From positions 1 to 25,834 of the IMG/VR virus record IMGVR_UViG_3300042554_003175: a stretch of DNA of 25,834 bases. The stretch is one strand, 5' to 3'. Numbering within the stretch: position 1 is the stretch's first letter; each line of letters opens with the position of its first letter. Origin of the DNA: a virus (lineage: Duplodnaviria; Caudoviricetes). The notes beneath the pieces were generated by a model. It was given only the letters and a program-made list of their open reading frames with translations. It searched no databases and was not told where the DNA came from. The position numbers and the translations under genes are program-made. Shown here one piece after another: positions 24,255 to 25,834 of this stretch.

Positions 24255-25636
24255 ACCTTAATGGCACTGAATTTATTCTTCGGTCTATCTCTATCCATTC
24301 CGCGATCTAACTCCTGCCCCGAATCAGCCAAGGTCGTTTGTGCGGCGGCTTCAACATCATAAAGTTTCATCTTGGAACGATCAACGCCGATCACAAAACG
24401 CTTATTCATCGTTGGATCATTATATCTATTCTTCAACTGTTTCACCATAATGTGATTCAGTTTTTCGAGTTCCTCGGAAGTAATTAGGGCAAACATAAAG
24501 TCAGCCGTTGCAGGCAAACCAAACGATTCAGAAGTATCCTCAAGACCAGGATCGGTATTGGTGAAACCTGAGCGAGTCGTTTGAGTGGCTGAAACAATCG
24601 GGACTTTAAACTCAACTGCAAGACCACGAATTTCTTCCGCAATCGCTTTGATATATGAATACGAGTTTACGTTCGCGCCGTGTTTCAAACGAGCCGACGC
24701 ACATATATTCAGATAATCAATAAAGACGATATCGGGCTTAAAGTTTTTCTTGATGGCAAGTTCATTCAACAACGTTCGAAAGTGAATCGAACCTGCGGAC
24801 GCAGTTGGATATTCTTTAATGATCAACTTACCTTTAATATTCTCTTTGATGCGAGAGATCTTTCTTTCATAAGTATCTTTCGGTAAGTTTGCAAGGTCAT
24901 CCAACTTAACGTTCAAGAGATTCGCGTCAATACGTTCAGCAATCTTTTCTTCAGCCATTTCAAGAGTAATGTACAAGACGTTATAGTTTTGACTCAACGC
25001 ACCTGCCGCCACATGACACATGAATAGCGACTTACCAACGCCAGTTCCTGCCAACGCAACGTTTAGAGTTTTAGTCGGCAAACCGCCTTTAGTGATACGA
25101 TTGAAGAAGTCTAGATCGAAAGGGATGCGCTTTTCAACTTGATGATAGAAGTCAAATCGCTTAGAAGCATCTTCAATATAGTCGTGACCAATGTTAGGAT
25201 CGAACGAAACTGAAAGCGCATCCGAAAGAATCTTCGGAATCGCACCTTTAGTCTTATCAGTCTTTTCATCTAGAATATGAATTGATTCTAGAATTGCATT
25301 ATGAAGTGCTTTCTCTTGACAAAACTTTTCAGTCAACTCAAGAAGCCATTCCATCTTACTTGAGTCATCGCTGGACTTCAGCGATTCAATCAATTCATTT
25401 GTCTGGCGAAAATCTTCTTCAAAGAGATTATCTCTCTGAGAAAGAGAGATGTTAATCGCTTCAAATGAAGGAACGTTATTATATTTTAGAACATAACTTT
25501 GTACTTCTTCAAATACTATTTTTTCGACTCTTTCTTGGAAGTACTCGCTTTTTAGAAACGGAAGGGTCTTTCTTACGAACGGTTCGTTTTTGAACAGGTT
25601 CTTCAATATAATTTGCTCGATCTTCGTCAAACTCAT
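24251..25636 (-). CDS. 41: T4 gp41-like replicative DNA helicase (DnaB/SF4)
   Basis: LAGTGVGKS (Walker A), ITLEMAEE, IIKEYPTASA, IDYLNIC, SATQTTR, SESFGLPATAD, QLKNRY. Confidence 0.95.
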   Translation of the reverse strand: MSLTKIEQIILKNLFKNEPFVRKTLPFLKSEYFQERVEKIVFEEVQSYVLKYNNVPSFEAINISLSQRDNLFEEDFRQTNELIESLKSSDDSSKMEWLLELTEKFCQEKALHNAILESIHILDEKTDKTKGAIPKILSDALSVSFDPNIGHDYIEDASKRFDFYHQVEKRIPFDLDFFNRITKGGLPTKTLNVALAGTGVGKSLFMCHVAAGALSQNYNVLYITLEMAEEKIAERIDANLLNVKLDDLANLPKDTYERKISRIKENIKGKLIIKEYPTASAGSIHFRTLLNELAIKKNFKPDIVFIDYLNICASARLKHGANVNSYSYIKAIAEEIRGLAVEFKVPIVSATQTTRSGFTNTDPGLEDTSESFGLPATADFMFALITSEELEKLNHIMVKQLKNRYNDPTMNKRFVIGVDRSKMKLYDVEAAAQTTLADSGQELDRGMDRDRPKNKFSAIKV

Positions 25637-25834
25637 TTTCTGCTCCCTTCAACTCTTGTTCTAAAGAGTTAATTCTTTCATCCGCCGCTTTAATCGCATC
25701 TTCAAGAACAATCAATAGAATGTCACCAGCAATTCTATTAAAATCGTCCTTTAAAGTCAAATCGCCTTTCAGTTTACTCGGTTGCTTGATAACGTCAACA
25801 TCAAAGTTTGCTTTTGCTGAACCATCACTCAGCG
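25509..25834 (-). CDS. Small hypothetical protein upstream of the helicase (gp40 position), 5' end outside window
   Basis: The frame of the 25509..25760 ORF stays open to the window edge (LSDGSAKANFDVDVIKQPSKLKGDLTLKDDFNRIAGDILL...). Confidence 0.7.
   Translation of the reverse strand, partial: LSDGSAKANFDVDVIKQPSKLKGDLTLKDDFNRIAGDILLIVLEDAIKAADERINSLEQELKGAENEFDEDRANYIEEPVQKRTVRKKDPSVSKKRVLPRKSRKNSI

Noticed and set aside
476-24886. Remaining plus-strand and nested minus-strand short ORFs in the track
   Set aside because: Essentially all overlap longer motif-bearing minus-strand genes and show no recognisable motifs.
24251-25636. Intein or intron in the helicase
   Set aside because: 461 aa is normal for gp41, the motifs are contiguous, and no splice motifs were seen.
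1-25834. Stop-codon reassignment, tRNA or rRNA genes
   Set aside because: Genes tile densely under the standard code with TAA, TGA and TAG all used as stops. Intergenic gaps are short and show no cloverleaf by eye; tRNAscan was not run.

Overview
This window is part of a large T4-like (Tevenvirinae/Kyanoviridae-like, probably aquatic) myophage genome. All credible genes lie on the minus strand, so they read from right to left. In reading order: a truncated small gene and the gp41 replicative helicase; two HExxH zincin-like proteins; a PD-(D/E)xK-like protein; a three-gene dTDP-L-rhamnose pathway (rmlB, rmlA and a eukaryote/giant-virus-type bifunctional epimerase-reductase, with no rmlC). Next is a late-promoter block of about 10 kb of probable head-packaged proteins: a KxDG ligase-like protein, a cytidylyltransferase-kinase fusion, Lys-rich polyprotein-like ORFs with repeated protease-site linkers, Dps and a second nuclease-like protein. 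Several of these start with a T4 capsid-targeting-like sequence. Then come a lysis cassette (lipoprotein, 2-TM protein, GH19 + M15 endolysin), a short scarred region with a chimeric ORF and a gene remnant, two paralogous IPT/Ig(-LamG) tail proteins, and a late four-gene module of secreted/membrane proteins (Asn/Thr-repeat protein, NIDO-like acidic protein, two TM proteins). Family assignments come from motif recognition by eye and memory; no database searches were run.
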